From Lepidodermella squamata (lineage: Eukaryota; Animalia; Gastrotricha), in NCBI GenBank assembly GCA_047495785.1, contig JBLDXI010000054.1, positions 1,054,001-1,118,000 of the forward strand: DNA of 64,000 bases, read 5' to 3'. The position numbers and the translations under genes were made by a program. Below, piece after piece: positions 36,103-48,852 of the stretch. Under the pieces are notes generated by a model, which worked only from the letters and a program-made list of their open reading frames with translations, searched no databases and was not told the origin of the DNA. Positions within the stretch are counted from its first letter, which is position 1, and every line of letters begins with the position of its first letter.

Positions 36103-36601
36103 GGGTGTATTTCACGGCCTTAAAAATTATATAAAAAATGATGAAATACGATCGACACACTTTTTTAAATTCTGCCAAGCTGTTTTTTCGCATCTTAATT
36201 CTTGCCAAACGCGCGCCACCCGGTATTAGGCACCCTCCAATTTCTCTGTCGATGCGCTCCGATGCACTTCTGACGCATTTTTAAGCCGTGTTTTGGGCGG
36301 CATCCGGGTTGTCCTACGGGTGGGTGGCGCCCAAAAGAGACGGACAACGGGATTAAGTAGCGATGCACGTGGCGCCACACGATTTTCGCAGCCTCTCAGA
36401 ACGTGTCGGGGGTGGTGGGCGACACAGGCAAAAAATGAATTTTCGGACGAAAGTTCTAATCCGTGCGTCCGAGAACATCAAAGATCCTGAAAATATGATG
36501 CTTTTGGCTCTCGTTTTTCGACCCCGATACGCTACAAATTTAAATGAAAATGGAATTTCACAATGCAAAAACATTTATTTTTAGGGCGGTGAAATAGACC
36601 C
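36103..36601. mobile_element. ~500-bp MITE (non-autonomous DNA transposon)
   Basis: TIRs GGGTGTATTTCACGGCCTTAAAAAT vs reverse-complemented right end GGGTCTATTTCACCGCCCTAAAAAT; TAT on both flanks (putative 3-bp TSD). Confidence 0.7.
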
Positions 36602-36609
36602 TATGTTGA

Positions 36610-36900
36610 AATCAACGACCAAATATCGGTATTTAATTTTCCCAACATTTATTTAGCGGCAAAATGTTTTATTTTTTTATCACACTCCATACTAGAAAGG
36701 GGATATAATAGAATGAGATTATATTAGGTTTTTGCAGCAGCTTTCGCCCTGTACAACTTTGGGTACATTTTAGCAAGGTCGCTGCAGTCTGTCATCCACA
36801 TTTTTTGCTGAATCGCATGCTGTCGATGAAAATTGACTGCACTCACGCAGTAAGACAAATTCCCGTAAACTTTCTCCAGATAGGTTTCCACTTTCGAAGG
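36610..36900 (-). pseudogene. Inverted duplicate of the LicD gene 3' end plus 3' UTR (source ~30411-30700)
   Basis: Near-identical reverse complement; encodes PSKVETYLEKVYG...KAAAKT* as at 30411-30587. Confidence 0.9.
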
Positions 36901-37494
36901 TCTATGCAGTCTATGTTCAACTTGAAAAAGAGAGCGAAGAACCGCTAGGGATTGTACCAGTTTAATCGGCCAAAAGTGCATGCTGTGCGTGTCTGTGAAG
37001 TGTTCCAGAATTTCCAAAGATTTCGCTGACCAGAAATGTTTAACAGCAGTGAAATTTTAATGATTGTTTTTCTGAGTCATGGCACGGACGGATATTTTTC
37101 ACAGAAATGCACACTTTGAATGCAGGAAATGAAGTTGAAAGGGTATGTATTTGTCCTGTGAAAGAATAGGCGAAGCTTCTAAATGGTTCAATGTTTACAC
37201 CATCCAGGAAATGTCTATCGTTAACCAGTTCGAAATTGACCGGCAGCTTTGTGTTCACTTTGCAAATTTCTAGTCGAAACGCGAACATCCGTCCTGTTCC
37301 CAGGTTAACAGCTCTCAATCCACGCCATTTGCGAACAATTGCATAAATTGTTCGATGTACGTGACGTCAGTTAAGATATCGGAGATAGAACCCCTGAAAA
37401 TAACAGGAAATTCCACGACAGGATGTTGCAGCATAGGATTTCTTTCTTATTGCGATATAAAAAAGCGAAAATGAATAAAAATTAACGCATCCCA

Positions 37495-40114
37495 ATGTTT
37501 AGAGTATTTATCTCTCTGATAGCAGCTAGTGCTGCGCTAGCTAAAATACCAATGTCAGCGCCACTGGAGCCGAGAATTTTCTCATCAACATACAACCCGA
37601 TCGATACGAGTCGGAAAGTGATTAGTATAATGGCATCCTATAACTATGGGGGCACCGTGCAACCCCTTGGACCTATTTGCACTGAAGCGATCAAACTTGT
37701 TCTTGACAGTGCAAAAAGAATGAACATGTTACCTGGCTATGAACTGGCTGTTGACTTTGTTGATGACCAGGTAATCTTTCTGATACTTTAAAAATTACTT
37801 CAATCTCGGTATTAGTTTTCCAGACCAATCGGAATCAGTAGAATGGTGTCCCAGCTTCAGTTTAATGATTCTGTCTCAGATCGACTACCACTAACAGTTG
37901 GCCCTTTCAGTTCGGCGAGCATTAACACTGGTCAAATCTTTCAACACTTCAATTTCGTCGGAATCACTCTGGCTTCAACGCAGAATGAGCCTGTCACCCA
38001 GAGATCGCGTTATCGCAACTTTTTTGTAACTCAGGGTCAACTTGGTATTTGTTACAACAGCCTCAACAGGTTCCTCGACGCGATGAAATGGAAACGAGTG
38101 GCGATATTGTCTGAAGGCAGCGACTACTTCGGACAGATAGAAACGGAATTCATTTCAAATTTTGAGAAGAATAACGGCTCTAAGGTTACGGGAGTTTTTA
38201 AAATTCCAATAATTTCCGGCTCTTTAGCTGAGGCTGAAAATATCGAACAAGCAGTTTCGGACATGAAAAAGCTGAATCCGAGGATCATCATTTTGAACGC
38301 AGCAGCAACAACTCGAGTAGCTTGCTATTTACATCGATATAAGCTTTTCGGCCCAAATGTGGTCATTATCGCCCTGATAAACTCTGTCTTCGCGACAAAT
38401 GACCCTTCCCGTTTCACTGATTGGTGTACGGAGAGCATGCTGGAGGAGGTACTTCAGAGTGTGATTGCCTTCGGTTGCACTAGTCTGATGAATTTGGGTA
38501 TCGACAAGGATAAGGATTCCTTAGGAAATTCTGGGTCAGATCTAACAAATTGGATAACGTCAAGGGTAGAAAAGCCCGAGGCTTCACCAGTCTTCAACTC
38601 GAGGAGACATTCTTGCTATGACGTCACCATGACGGGATTGTTCGTTTTGAATAGAACTGAGACTCTCCTGAACCGCAGTAAGTATATAGTAGCGAAACTT
38701 AGCCCTGAATATTATAGTTCTTTTTCTATCAGAAAATCAAACTCTCTCACAATGGGTGACGAGTGGAGAGTTGTTTCAACGAAATGGAAACTCAATTGCT
38801 GAGACCATGAAGGAAGCACTGTTCTCGACCCGCTTGAGAGCAAACGTAGGCGATGTCGCTTTCGAAAGTAACACAACGTTGAACACGGGCGGCAGTGGGA
38901 TTCAAGGCATCATTCAATATAGAAGAGATCCCATTACAGATAAATTCAAACAATTCCCAATATGCGTCTACTTTACAAAGACTCAAGTTTTGAACTGCAG
39001 TCTATCGCCCCTGATTTGGAGAACCGCGAACGGGAAACCACCCTTAGACACTGTGCATGTTGTGAGAACAATTTCTCCGCTTCTCGATCTTCCCGTCTAC
39101 ATAACGATCACGTTCTTCGCGGTGTTGTTACTCGTGACTAGTGTTTCCGTTTTCATTTGGCATGAAACAATGCGCAAGAAGAATGAAAGAATATCAAAAT
39201 CCGCACCCGAATTAGGACGATTCGTTCTGGTTGGAAACATCCTACTCCTTATTTCTATCCTACTTCAACCCATGCTCTTCGATTTGAATTTCCAGTCTCT
39301 GATGACCCTCGCGAATGGAGCGATGTTTCTCGGCATAACCTGTCTGTTGTTTGGCCTGGAAGGGAAGCTAGAACTTGCGTACCTTGCCCTGAAAAAGGCT
39401 GCTCTAAGTCTGACAACAGAGGATGTAATTTCGCCGAGAACAATCTTTTCATCGGTAAGAGCAGCAAAAAAAATCCGCGGGTTTGGAAAATTAAAATTGG
39501 TTGTATGCTGCGTTGGAGCACTTGGATTAACATTGTTTACAATACTGGTATTAGTGATTTTCGCTGTATGGCCACCTCCGGTGGTGGCTACAACTGATGA
39601 AAACTTCATCGATGGCTCCCTTGAGTGGGTATTCGTAAACTATAGCCTAGCAATGGGATCCTCAGTAGTATCTCAATTCATCATTTCTGCGACTTGCTTG
39701 ATCAACGGGGTCATCATTTTGCGAGGAAGCTTCCTTGCGCATGCCCTCAGATCGGTAAGCTTCGCTTTTCTGTTCAAATCTATCAATCCTAAAAAATTGA
39801 ATTTATTATTGCAGAAAACGAATTCAAAAATAACCGATTTGAAAGCAACATCAGCGTGCTTCTATGGAACAGCGATGCTGATAGCTTGCGGAGGTATCAT
39901 TGCTGGTGCAATTTTCGATGAAAGTTCCTATCAACGCATCACGTTGTCAGTTATGATATTCGCGTGCATCACAATGAATCTGGGCATGATTTTCCTCCCC
40001 AAAATGAGGAAACCGCAATTGGGAGAGACACCATTGTCTAACTCGGTAGCATCATTGAACCAAGGCCATCGACGCATGTTTGCTACATCCACGGTTGTGT
40101 CAAGTTCTTCATAA
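37495..40114 (+). CDS. GABA-B-like class C GPCR, subfamily II copy 2 (4 exons)
   Basis: Paralogue of 33146-35761 with the same three intron positions. Confidence 0.85.
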
Positions 40115-40469
40115 ACGTTTGTGAAGACAGCCGCCCAAATTACGGAATTTCAAATGAATAAACTATACTGTATTTCTCGCTCATCACTTCGACATGTGTA
40201 TAAGCTGAACCTACCACTTCAACTTGCGAAACTGTATCTCTTACCAGTGATATCAAACTTGACCGCAGTTTTTTAGTAGGTGTGGACTTTGGACGTGCGG
40301 CCTCCTCCTCTCTTAATTGCCTCGTTTCTTTGTAACATGACCTAATGAATAATGACTGGAACCCCAAAATATCAGATAACCATATTAATTAGCGGAAGGA
40401 TTTGATAGTGAGTAAGTGAAAAATGATGAGCGATGGAAACAAATTGCATTCCAAAAACTAAGAAAACAC

Positions 40470-40805
40470 GCAATATAATCGCCTGCATCACAATGAATCT
40501 TTGCGTGCTTTACTTTTCAAAAAGCAGCAAAAATCAGGAAACAGCTGTTTCCGCAGAACGCATTGTCTAATGAAGTACCAACGTTCCACCAACGTACAAT
40601 TTTGTTTGGCTAGCTGCCCCAATGGCGGCATATCAAGTGGAGAAGCTTTAATCCCTAGTCCAACTCGTGTAACTGAACCCAGCACGTCAAAGCTTGCCTA
40701 AATTTTGAGTTCAACATAATCTGATTCTTCGAAGCTATCTAAAAACTGAAAGCTGTCAACAAACTGAACTGAAAGATTAACAAATCCAGATGAGAGAGGC
40801 TTTCA
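40470..40805 (+). pseudogene. Decayed fragment of a subfamily-II GPCR last exon plus 3' UTR
   Basis: GCCTGCATCACAATGAATCT, TAGCTGCCCCAATGGCGGCATATCAAGTGG and AATCCAGATGA match ~35610-35955 in order. Confidence 0.7.
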
Positions 40806-41687
40806 TCACGACAGTGGTCGGGGCATTCATCTATCTATTGAGCCATTTCTGATCGAAGTGACGTTTTCTGGAATTTCAAGCACGAGTGACGCTGTTTCCG
40901 CTAGGAAGCGGACCCGAATATGATGCCCTTTTCATGTAGTTTGACTAATATAAATATATTCATGAGATGGCTTTAGCCTATATGACGCTCTTAGTCACAC
41001 GCGAAAAATCCAGAAAAAAATGAGCAGTTAGCGTAAGTGTAAGATCTATCAAAACTCAAAACAAATGTCTTTTTTAATTTTTTAATGAATCTCATATTTT
41101 GATGTTATCTGAATGTTAATTAGCACCTCATTAATATTAATATCTTCACCTATTATAATTGCACGAGTCTGCACGAGTGACAATTGTTATTTTTAGCTGA
41201 CATAAACCCATGGATACAGCAGTTCAGTACTGAACTATGTCTATAGCTAAACCCAAAATTTGGATCTAAAAATAGTTCAGGCGCGTGCGAAATATTTTTT
41301 GTTTCAACTCGGCAAATTACTGAACGTGCGTAACTGCTGATCATCACTGTAAATGCCGGTTCACCGGTACACCAACATGGTCACTCAAATCGTGTCAAAT
41401 TGCCTTTATATCAAAGACTGCCGCCGAGTATAGCACGTGATTCGCTGCAAAAATAAGAGGCCAACGAGAAATCACCCCTAGATACTGTCGGATAATATGC
41501 TTAGATGTAGAAAATGTGTCCTCTCTTTTTAATTAGTTAGCTTTGAACAAAGAAGGTGGAAAACATGTCTTAGCGTTCTCAGCTACAGGATTTCACGGAA
41601 AGTGTTCAAATTTTATGCCAGTTATTCCTCCGAAAGAAAATAATTCATTCCTAGAATTTCGAATACTTTTAACGGCCTTCATCTAGT

Positions 41688-44006
41688 ATGCTAGCTATTT
41701 TAGCTTTTACCTGCCTGTTTCCCCACATGATGGCGGCAGAATCGGCCAAATTGCAGCTGCTTACCTTTGTTCCCTTCACTGGAAATGCGCCATTCGACGG
41801 GTCCATCTGCAAAGCAGCTATGCAAGTGGCAGTCGATGCCGCAAATTCTGACTTGGCTATTCTACCAGGCTTCCGCATCGAGCCCCTTTATCTAGACGAG
41901 GGCCTGTTGTCCCTGAACATTCCTAGAGTCACAGTACAGTTCTGGCGAGAGCCGATGCGGGATAACAATACATTCAAGGCCCCACTGGCTTTGGGAGCAC
42001 AATTCAGCCCAGGCTGTCAAAGGGGTGGTCCGATATTCCACCATCTTGGAATGGTTTTTGACGCTGTCGGTTGCCAAGGTAGTGACTTAATCGATCGGCG
42101 AGATCGCTACCCAAACGTTTATCGACAACGCGTTCCAGCTCAAAATTATATCGTCGCAAGGGTCGCTGCGATCAAGCGTTTCACGCCCTGGGTCAAGTTT
42201 GCTTCGATAACGTACGCAGACAATAATTTCGACGTCAGTAACGGTAGATTGTTCCTTGATACGGCTAGGTCAGCTGGATTCGACATCATCTGGTTCGATA
42301 CTGTGACTTCATTAACCGATGAAATGGTCGAATCTTTGAAGGAAAGCAACGCACGAATTATCGTTATTGATATCAGCGGGGCTGCAATGCTGACGGAATT
42401 CTTCTGTAAGATCCATAAATTTGGAATCAGAGGCCGGAGATATGTTTTCGTCTCTTTAATCAACGGAATTCTGGACATGAAACTTCCAACATGGACGATC
42501 GGCTTACCCCCGGGCTGCTCGAAAGAGATGCTACTTGACCAATACAGAAATTCAATGTGGTTTGGGAGTGTTCTCAGCCCTGATATGAATTACGGGCGAA
42601 CAGCCTTGGGCTATGATTTGACGGAATTCGAATCTCGGTTAGATCTTCTGACAAACAAGTCCCGAGTTCCCGATTATCGGTCAAGGTTCTACTGCCATGA
42701 TACTATGCTGGAATCAATTACGATCCTAGATAGGGCTGAGAAGCTTTTGAACCTCGAAAACATGTCTCTCAGCCATTTCGACGGTAGGCCAAGTTACGTA
42801 ATGGATGCCGTCAACAAAAGCGCAGCTACCGTCGATTATGTAACTCTGAGGACAGGTCGCAGTTTTATGTCCAAAAGAGTAGAGCCGGACAACGAGGCTC
42901 TTTTCATGGGTTACATGCCTTTGAATTCAATAGAATTGACAGGGCTATACAAAGTACGACCGTCTGTTGAGTATTCCTTCGAAAACTTCTCGGCTTATGT
43001 TTTTGACGGACCGAAGGTTTTCTCATGGCCCAACAATGGCCTGGCAAAAGACTCTTGGACTGAGGTTACGGTTGAAGTCACAGTCGGACAATCATACCGC
43101 TACGCTGTTTTTGGAACAACTGCTGTTGTAGCCGCGGCCAAGTCTTCGTTCGCTATAGGCTTCTTGAGAAAAAAGATGGAAAGCTTCATCTGGAGAATAG
43201 CCGGATTCTCGTCTTGTTTGTTCCTGGATACATCAGCTTTGATTTTTGTTCTCAGCTCCTCCGACACCGAACTCATAAATCTCTGCATTTTCAGGGTTAC
43301 AATGCTGGTTTTTGGACTAGCTACTATACACGGTTTGGTTATCGGGAAAAGTCTGTCCTTTTCAGCCATTTCTCAGGGCTCTAGAAGGAATACAACCAGA
43401 TCTGCTCTTCGCGTTAGCGGAAATGATGCAATGAATTTAAAAAGAACAAATCTGTCGACCGGAAGTGCATCATCAGGGCGCAGAAGTATGTCAAGGCCTG
43501 AAAAAAAGATTGGAAAAAGCTCGGTGTCGATCACTGCAGTATTTGTCCTGGCTAATTTGCTCGTGGTGTCCGCGTGGGTTGGCTCAAATCCAGCCGCGTT
43601 CAACTTCTCAAACGTTGCAATTTCTTCAACTTATGATGAAGTAAGCGATTTGAAGAGCCACAATTTCGGGTGGATCTGCACGGCTCATTATCAAATCGCA
43701 TGGATTCTGTCGATATGGGCACTGAACATAGCTGGATTACTCCTAACTGGCTTTAGGCTATTGGCAACTCATCGAAGTGCAGGTAAACAAGATGCGGGAA
43801 AGCTCAAGCTTTATGCTGTTTTGATCAACTGCTTGGTCACCCAGTTCGCTTCGATTCTTATCATCGTCCTTCTGAATGATTACTTCAAGCAAATGGCTTT
43901 CATTTCTTTTACGGCCCTCTTCATCTCAACTTCGACTTTTTTCATCGAAAACAGCGGTGAGCTAAAGCAGGCTTTCACCAGGTGTAGAGTTCATTTGCGC
44001 ATTTGA
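41688..44006 (+). CDS. GABA-B-like class C GPCR, subfamily I (intronless, 772 aa)
   Basis: Homologous to 11677-14217 (FVPFTGN.PFDGSICKA.MQVAVD; NKSRVPDYRSR.YCHD); 7 TMs. Confidence 0.87.
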   Translation: MLAILAFTCLFPHMMAAESAKLQLLTFVPFTGNAPFDGSICKAAMQVAVDAANSDLAILPGFRIEPLYLDEGLLSLNIPRVTVQFWREPMRDNNTFKAPLALGAQFSPGCQRGGPIFHHLGMVFDAVGCQGSDLIDRRDRYPNVYRQRVPAQNYIVARVAAIKRFTPWVKFASITYADNNFDVSNGRLFLDTARSAGFDIIWFDTVTSLTDEMVESLKESNARIIVIDISGAAMLTEFFCKIHKFGIRGRRYVFVSLINGILDMKLPTWTIGLPPGCSKEMLLDQYRNSMWFGSVLSPDMNYGRTALGYDLTEFESRLDLLTNKSRVPDYRSRFYCHDTMLESITILDRAEKLLNLENMSLSHFDGRPSYVMDAVNKSAATVDYVTLRTGRSFMSKRVEPDNEALFMGYMPLNSIELTGLYKVRPSVEYSFENFSAYVFDGPKVFSWPNNGLAKDSWTEVTVEVTVGQSYRYAVFGTTAVVAAAKSSFAIGFLRKKMESFIWRIAGFSSCLFLDTSALIFVLSSSDTELINLCIFRVTMLVFGLATIHGLVIGKSLSFSAISQGSRRNTTRSALRVSGNDAMNLKRTNLSTGSASSGRRSMSRPEKKIGKSSVSITAVFVLANLLVVSAWVGSNPAAFNFSNVAISSTYDEVSDLKSHNFGWICTAHYQIAWILSIWALNIAGLLLTGFRLLATHRSAGKQDAGKLKLYAVLINCLVTQFASILIIVLLNDYFKQMAFISFTALFISTSTFFIENSGELKQAFTRCRVHLRI

Positions 44007-45240
44007 AGATATCAATGGCGAGTGGCGATTCTTCAGCAGTCTTTTAGGCTCGGGCAGTGTCGTAATCAATTAAGTGGCTAGATAATTTCGCTTAAAGGTC
44101 CAGTATTAAAGACTCAACTATGCTAAACTATGTTGATGAAGAACACATGTGCGATAATGCATTGTAGATTGATATTATATATTGTAAATGTATCAGGCCA
44201 ATTATTAATTATTAATTATTACCATCAATTATTATTAAAATTTATTATTGAAAGTTAAATTTAGCTTCATTACGCCACCTACGCCTGTGAAACCTGGAAC
44301 CTAACTACCCCGCAGGAACAAATATGAAATGCTACTTTCATGCGCTGGCTTAGAACCATTTTGGGATTTTTCATAACCGATTATATACCTAACATCGATA
44401 TTAGATTGATCTGTGACGTTTTGGATTTATCTAAGTAAAATAATTGAAAAACATCGTTTGAAATAATTTTGTCGCATTATTCGACAAGATGAGTATGACA
44501 CGGAAAGCAGTGATTCGATTTGATTTCTTCTGTAACCCGCAGGCCTCTTAAAATCAATCATTTCAAATCGTCAGACCAGTTTAAATGAAATGAAATCAAA
44601 TCAAATCTTTCGCATAGAGAAACATGAGTATTAGGGTACATTTCTAAGGACGCACATTTCAACGCCAGCAATGTCATAAAACCATAAAGTGTGCGACTCT
44701 CAGGGGGGATGGGGGGGATCATCAAACTGTCCGTGATAGGTACCGAGGATATGCAGTACCATTTTACCTTCAGGATATATGCAGTACCTCTGAAACAGAC
44801 TCAAATCCACCTTAAATCAGTGATGGGAAATCTCAAGCAGCTTTCAAATCATATCAATTTCAAATCAATAAGTCTCGAAGCTCTTAAAATACATTTTTAC
44901 ATTTTCAAACAATTATTTTATAAATCCTGCTAAATAATGTATTCTCTACATCAAGGGACGCAGATTCTTCGAACCTCAAAAAATATCGAGGGAGTGCAAG
45001 AATAAATTTCGGAAATTAATTTCACTGAAAAATGTTCCGTGGGTCTTTTTTCAAATTTCCAGAAGGGATTCTGTCGACACTGAATAAAATCATAGCAGCA
45101 TTAAATTATATTATAAGCCCACGTCAAAGCTCAAATATATATCACGCTGTTTAAACATACTTTTCTTATAATTTCCAGTCTGTTGGGCTCTTGAGTGCAT
45201 TTTCAGTCTGGTTCCAGCGAGCTTTAGCAGATAGGTAGCT

Positions 45241-45369
45241 AAGTAGGACAGCGGAACTAGTAAGGATAAGGAAAATCCGCATATGGGTCCCCCTTTTGGT
45301 TTTTGCTGAGTTCACCGATGGAACTGGAAGGGATTATCCCTACAATCCCTAGCGGCACTTCGATCTCTC
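45241..45369 (+). repeat. Second copy of the 15711-15854 repeat
   Basis: AAGTAGGAC.GCGGAACT, GGGTCCCCC, ATGGAACTGG and CCCTAC.ATCCCTAGCGG.ACTTCG are shared in order. Confidence 0.65.
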
Positions 45370-46231
45370 AGCTAACGCTATTTTTGTACATTTTTCTAGG
45401 TGGGTGACCAGAAATATACCGAATCTCCCAAATTTTCAATTTTCAATAGAATAGATGACCCCGGACCCCGGCTGACTTGGCGACCCCCATTTTGAGAATC
45501 TCTGTGCGACGTTATAAAAAAAACGTAAAAATCTTTATTGTTGTCCTCTTTCCAAATAACTAAGTTATAAAACACGGGGAATTGCTGTACGGTTTGGACG
45601 AACCGTACACAGTCATTACGGCAGCCACTCCTGTACTCAGCAAGTACGGTGCATCGACTGTACATGGACTACAGTTCAATGAGCTGTATTCAATGCTACA
45701 GTAGGAGAGCACTGTACATCTCATATACAGCGGAATCAACTGTAATCGCTCCACAGCCGAGTGAGCCGTACTGATATTTACTGATATTGAAACTGTACCC
45801 AAAGTTACAGAGTAGAAATACTGTACTCTTGTGTACGCGAGTTTTTTTGCCTGAAGTGCTGGTTCTTCCGCGCCACGAACGATTTGTTACTGATGTGAAA
45901 ACAGGAAAGTCTGGCATTAGCCCTGGCCCAACTGCCAAATATCCAAGGTATTTCTGTCCTTACTAGCACGCCATTATTGGCGCGTCTCGGTTAGATTCAA
46001 ATCTAGACGAATTAAGCATCCCTTGCTGTTCCAAAGTGGACATTTCCTATTGCACATCGCGCGTGAACAGTTATAGTGTATGTGGTCTGAGTGAATAGAT
46101 CGGAAATAAAATATATGATAGTGGCAGGAAAGCCAGCATCGACAGGATGCCGTGATGTATGGGCAGCATTAGATTTCTCTCGAAAAACAATATAAAAGCA
46201 GCACGGTTATCTGAAAAATCAACGCAATCCA

Positions 46232-48852
46232 ATGTTTCAAGTATTTTTCGCTTTTTGTTGTGTTAGCGCTGTGCTAGCCAAAATACCAATGTCAGCTCCA
46301 TTGGAGCCAAGAATTTTCTCAACAACATACAATCCGAACGATTCGAGTCGAAAAGTCATCAGTATAATGGCTTCCTATAACTACGGCGGTACCGTTCAAC
46401 CTATGGGGCCCATTTGTACCGAGGGGATCAGATTAGTCCTCGACAGCATGAAAAGAATGAACATGTTACCTGGCTACGAACTGGCTGTTGACTTGGTTGA
46501 TGACCAGGTAGGCGTGTTGACAATTCAAAAGGTGTTCCCAATTTTTCTCATTGGTCCCATTAGTTTTCCAGACCAATAGGAGTTAGTAAAATTGTGTCTC
46601 AGCTTCAGTTTAATGATTCTGTCTCTGATCGACTGCCGCTGACAGTTGGCCCGTTCAATTCGGCAAATATCAACACTGGGCAAATCTTCAAACACTTCAA
46701 TTACATCGGAATTACGTTGGGGTCAACGCAGAACGAACCTGTCACCGAGCGATCGCGTTATAGCAACTTTTTTGTCACTCAAAGTCGACTTGCCATTTGC
46801 TTTGACAGCCTCTACAAGTTCCTCGACGTGATGAAATGGCAACGAGTAGCTTTATTATCTGAAGGCAGTGACTACTTTGGACAGATAGACACCGAGTTAG
46901 TCCGGAATTTTGAGATGAAAAATGGCTCAAAAGTGCTAGGGGTTTTTAAAATTCCCTACGTTGTCGGTTCTTTAGCTGAGGCTGAAAATATCGAACAAGC
47001 AGTTTCAGACTTGAAAAATTTGAATCCAAGAATAATAATTCTAAATGCAGCAGCCACAACTCGAGCGGCATGTTATCTACATCGATACAAGTTATTTGGA
47101 CCGAATGTGGTCATCTTCACTCTGTTGAGTTCTGTTTTCGTGGCGAATGACCCTTCACGCTTCAATTGGTGTTCGGAGAGCATGCTGGAGGAAGTTCTGC
47201 AGAGTGTGATTGCCTTCGGTTGTTCTAACTTGATGAATTTGGGCATTGACGACGATGTAGATTCCTTTGGAAACACTGGGTCCGATCTAACAAATTGGAT
47301 AACGTCCAGAATAGAAAGGCCTGAAGCTTCACCTATCTTCAATGTTAGGAGACATTCTTGCTACGACATCACCATGACGGGAGTCTTTGTTTTGAATAGA
47401 ACCGAGACCCTTCTTAACATCAGTAATTTTTAACACAATATAGCACTGAAAACCTATACCAGTCTCTTTTACTTGTAGAAAACCAGACCCTTTCTCAATG
47501 GGTGACTCGTGGTGATTTGTTCAAACAAAATGGAATCTCGATTGCTGACACAATGAAGGAAGCGCTCTTCTCGACCCGCTTGAGATTGAAAGCTGGGGAT
47601 GTGGCTTTTGAAAAGAACACAACGTTGAATACCGGTGGCGATTTGATACATGGCATCGTTCAGTATAGAAGAGATCCCTTGACAAACAAGCTCAAACAAG
47701 TTCCAGTATGCGTTTACTACTCAAAGATTCAAGTCATGAATTGCAGTCTCTCGTCTATGGTTTGGAAAACGTCGAACGGAAAACCCCCTTCTGATACTGT
47801 GCACATAGAGACAATAATTGATCCGCTTCTCGACCTCCCCGCCTACGTAACAATCACGTTTTTCGCGGTGTTGTTACTCGCGACTTGCGTGTCCGTTTTC
47901 ATATGGTATGAGAAAATGCGCAAGAGGAATAAAAGAATCGCAACATCTGTCCCTCAGCTCGGACGATTCATCATGGTTGGAAATAAATTACTCCTGATTT
48001 CTATCCTGCTTCAACCCATGCTCTTCGATTCGAATTTCCAGTCTCTGATGACCCTCGCGAATGGAGCGATGTTTCTAGGCATAACCTGTCTAATGTTTGG
48101 CCTGGAAGGAAAGCTGGAACTTGCGTATCTTGCCCTGAAAAGAGCTGCTCTGAATGTAACGATTGATGCTCTAGTTTCGCGGAGAACAATTTTTTCGTCA
48201 GTTAGGGCTGCTAAAAGGCTCCAAGGGTTTGCGAAAATGAAGTTTGCTGTATGCTGTGTTGGAGCACTTGCTTTGGCATTGTTTGCAATATTGTTGTTGG
48301 TGTGCTTCGTGGTATCGCCACCGCCTGTTGTGGCTATAACTGGTGAAAGCTTCATCGATAGTTCCGTTGAATTTGTACCCGTAAAATACAGCTTAGCTAT
48401 GGAATCATCAGCCATGTCTCAAGTTATCGTTGCCGCGACTTGCTTGATCAACGGGATCATCATTTTAAGAGGAAGCTTTCTTGCACATGCTCTAAGATCG
48501 GTACGTTGTTTTGTTCCTATTCTCACAATTTTTGTAATGTTTCTTATTTCAGAAAACGATTTCAATGATAACCGATTTGAAAGCTACAGCAGCTTGCTTC
48601 TACGCGACGGTGATGATGCTAGCTTGCGGAGGCATAATTGCTGGTGCGATTTTTCATGAAAGTTCCTATCAACGCATCACATTGTCAGTTATGATATTCG
48701 CCTGTATTGCAATTAATTTCGGCATGCTTTTCTTCCCGAAAATGAGAAAGCCGGAGTTGGTGGGGACACCAATGTCTAGCGGAGCACCTAGCTTGAAACA
48801 AGACCATCGAAGGATAGATAATACATCTGCGATCATGGTCAGCTCTTCGTAA
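46232..48852 (+). CDS. GABA-B-like class C GPCR, subfamily II copy 3 (4 exons)
   Basis: Paralogue of copies 1 and 2 with the same intron positions. Confidence 0.85.

Noticed and set aside
36724-37017. 97-aa ORF as an independent LicD gene
   Set aside because: Only its 3' part is LicD-derived (inverted fragment); there is no catalytic motif.
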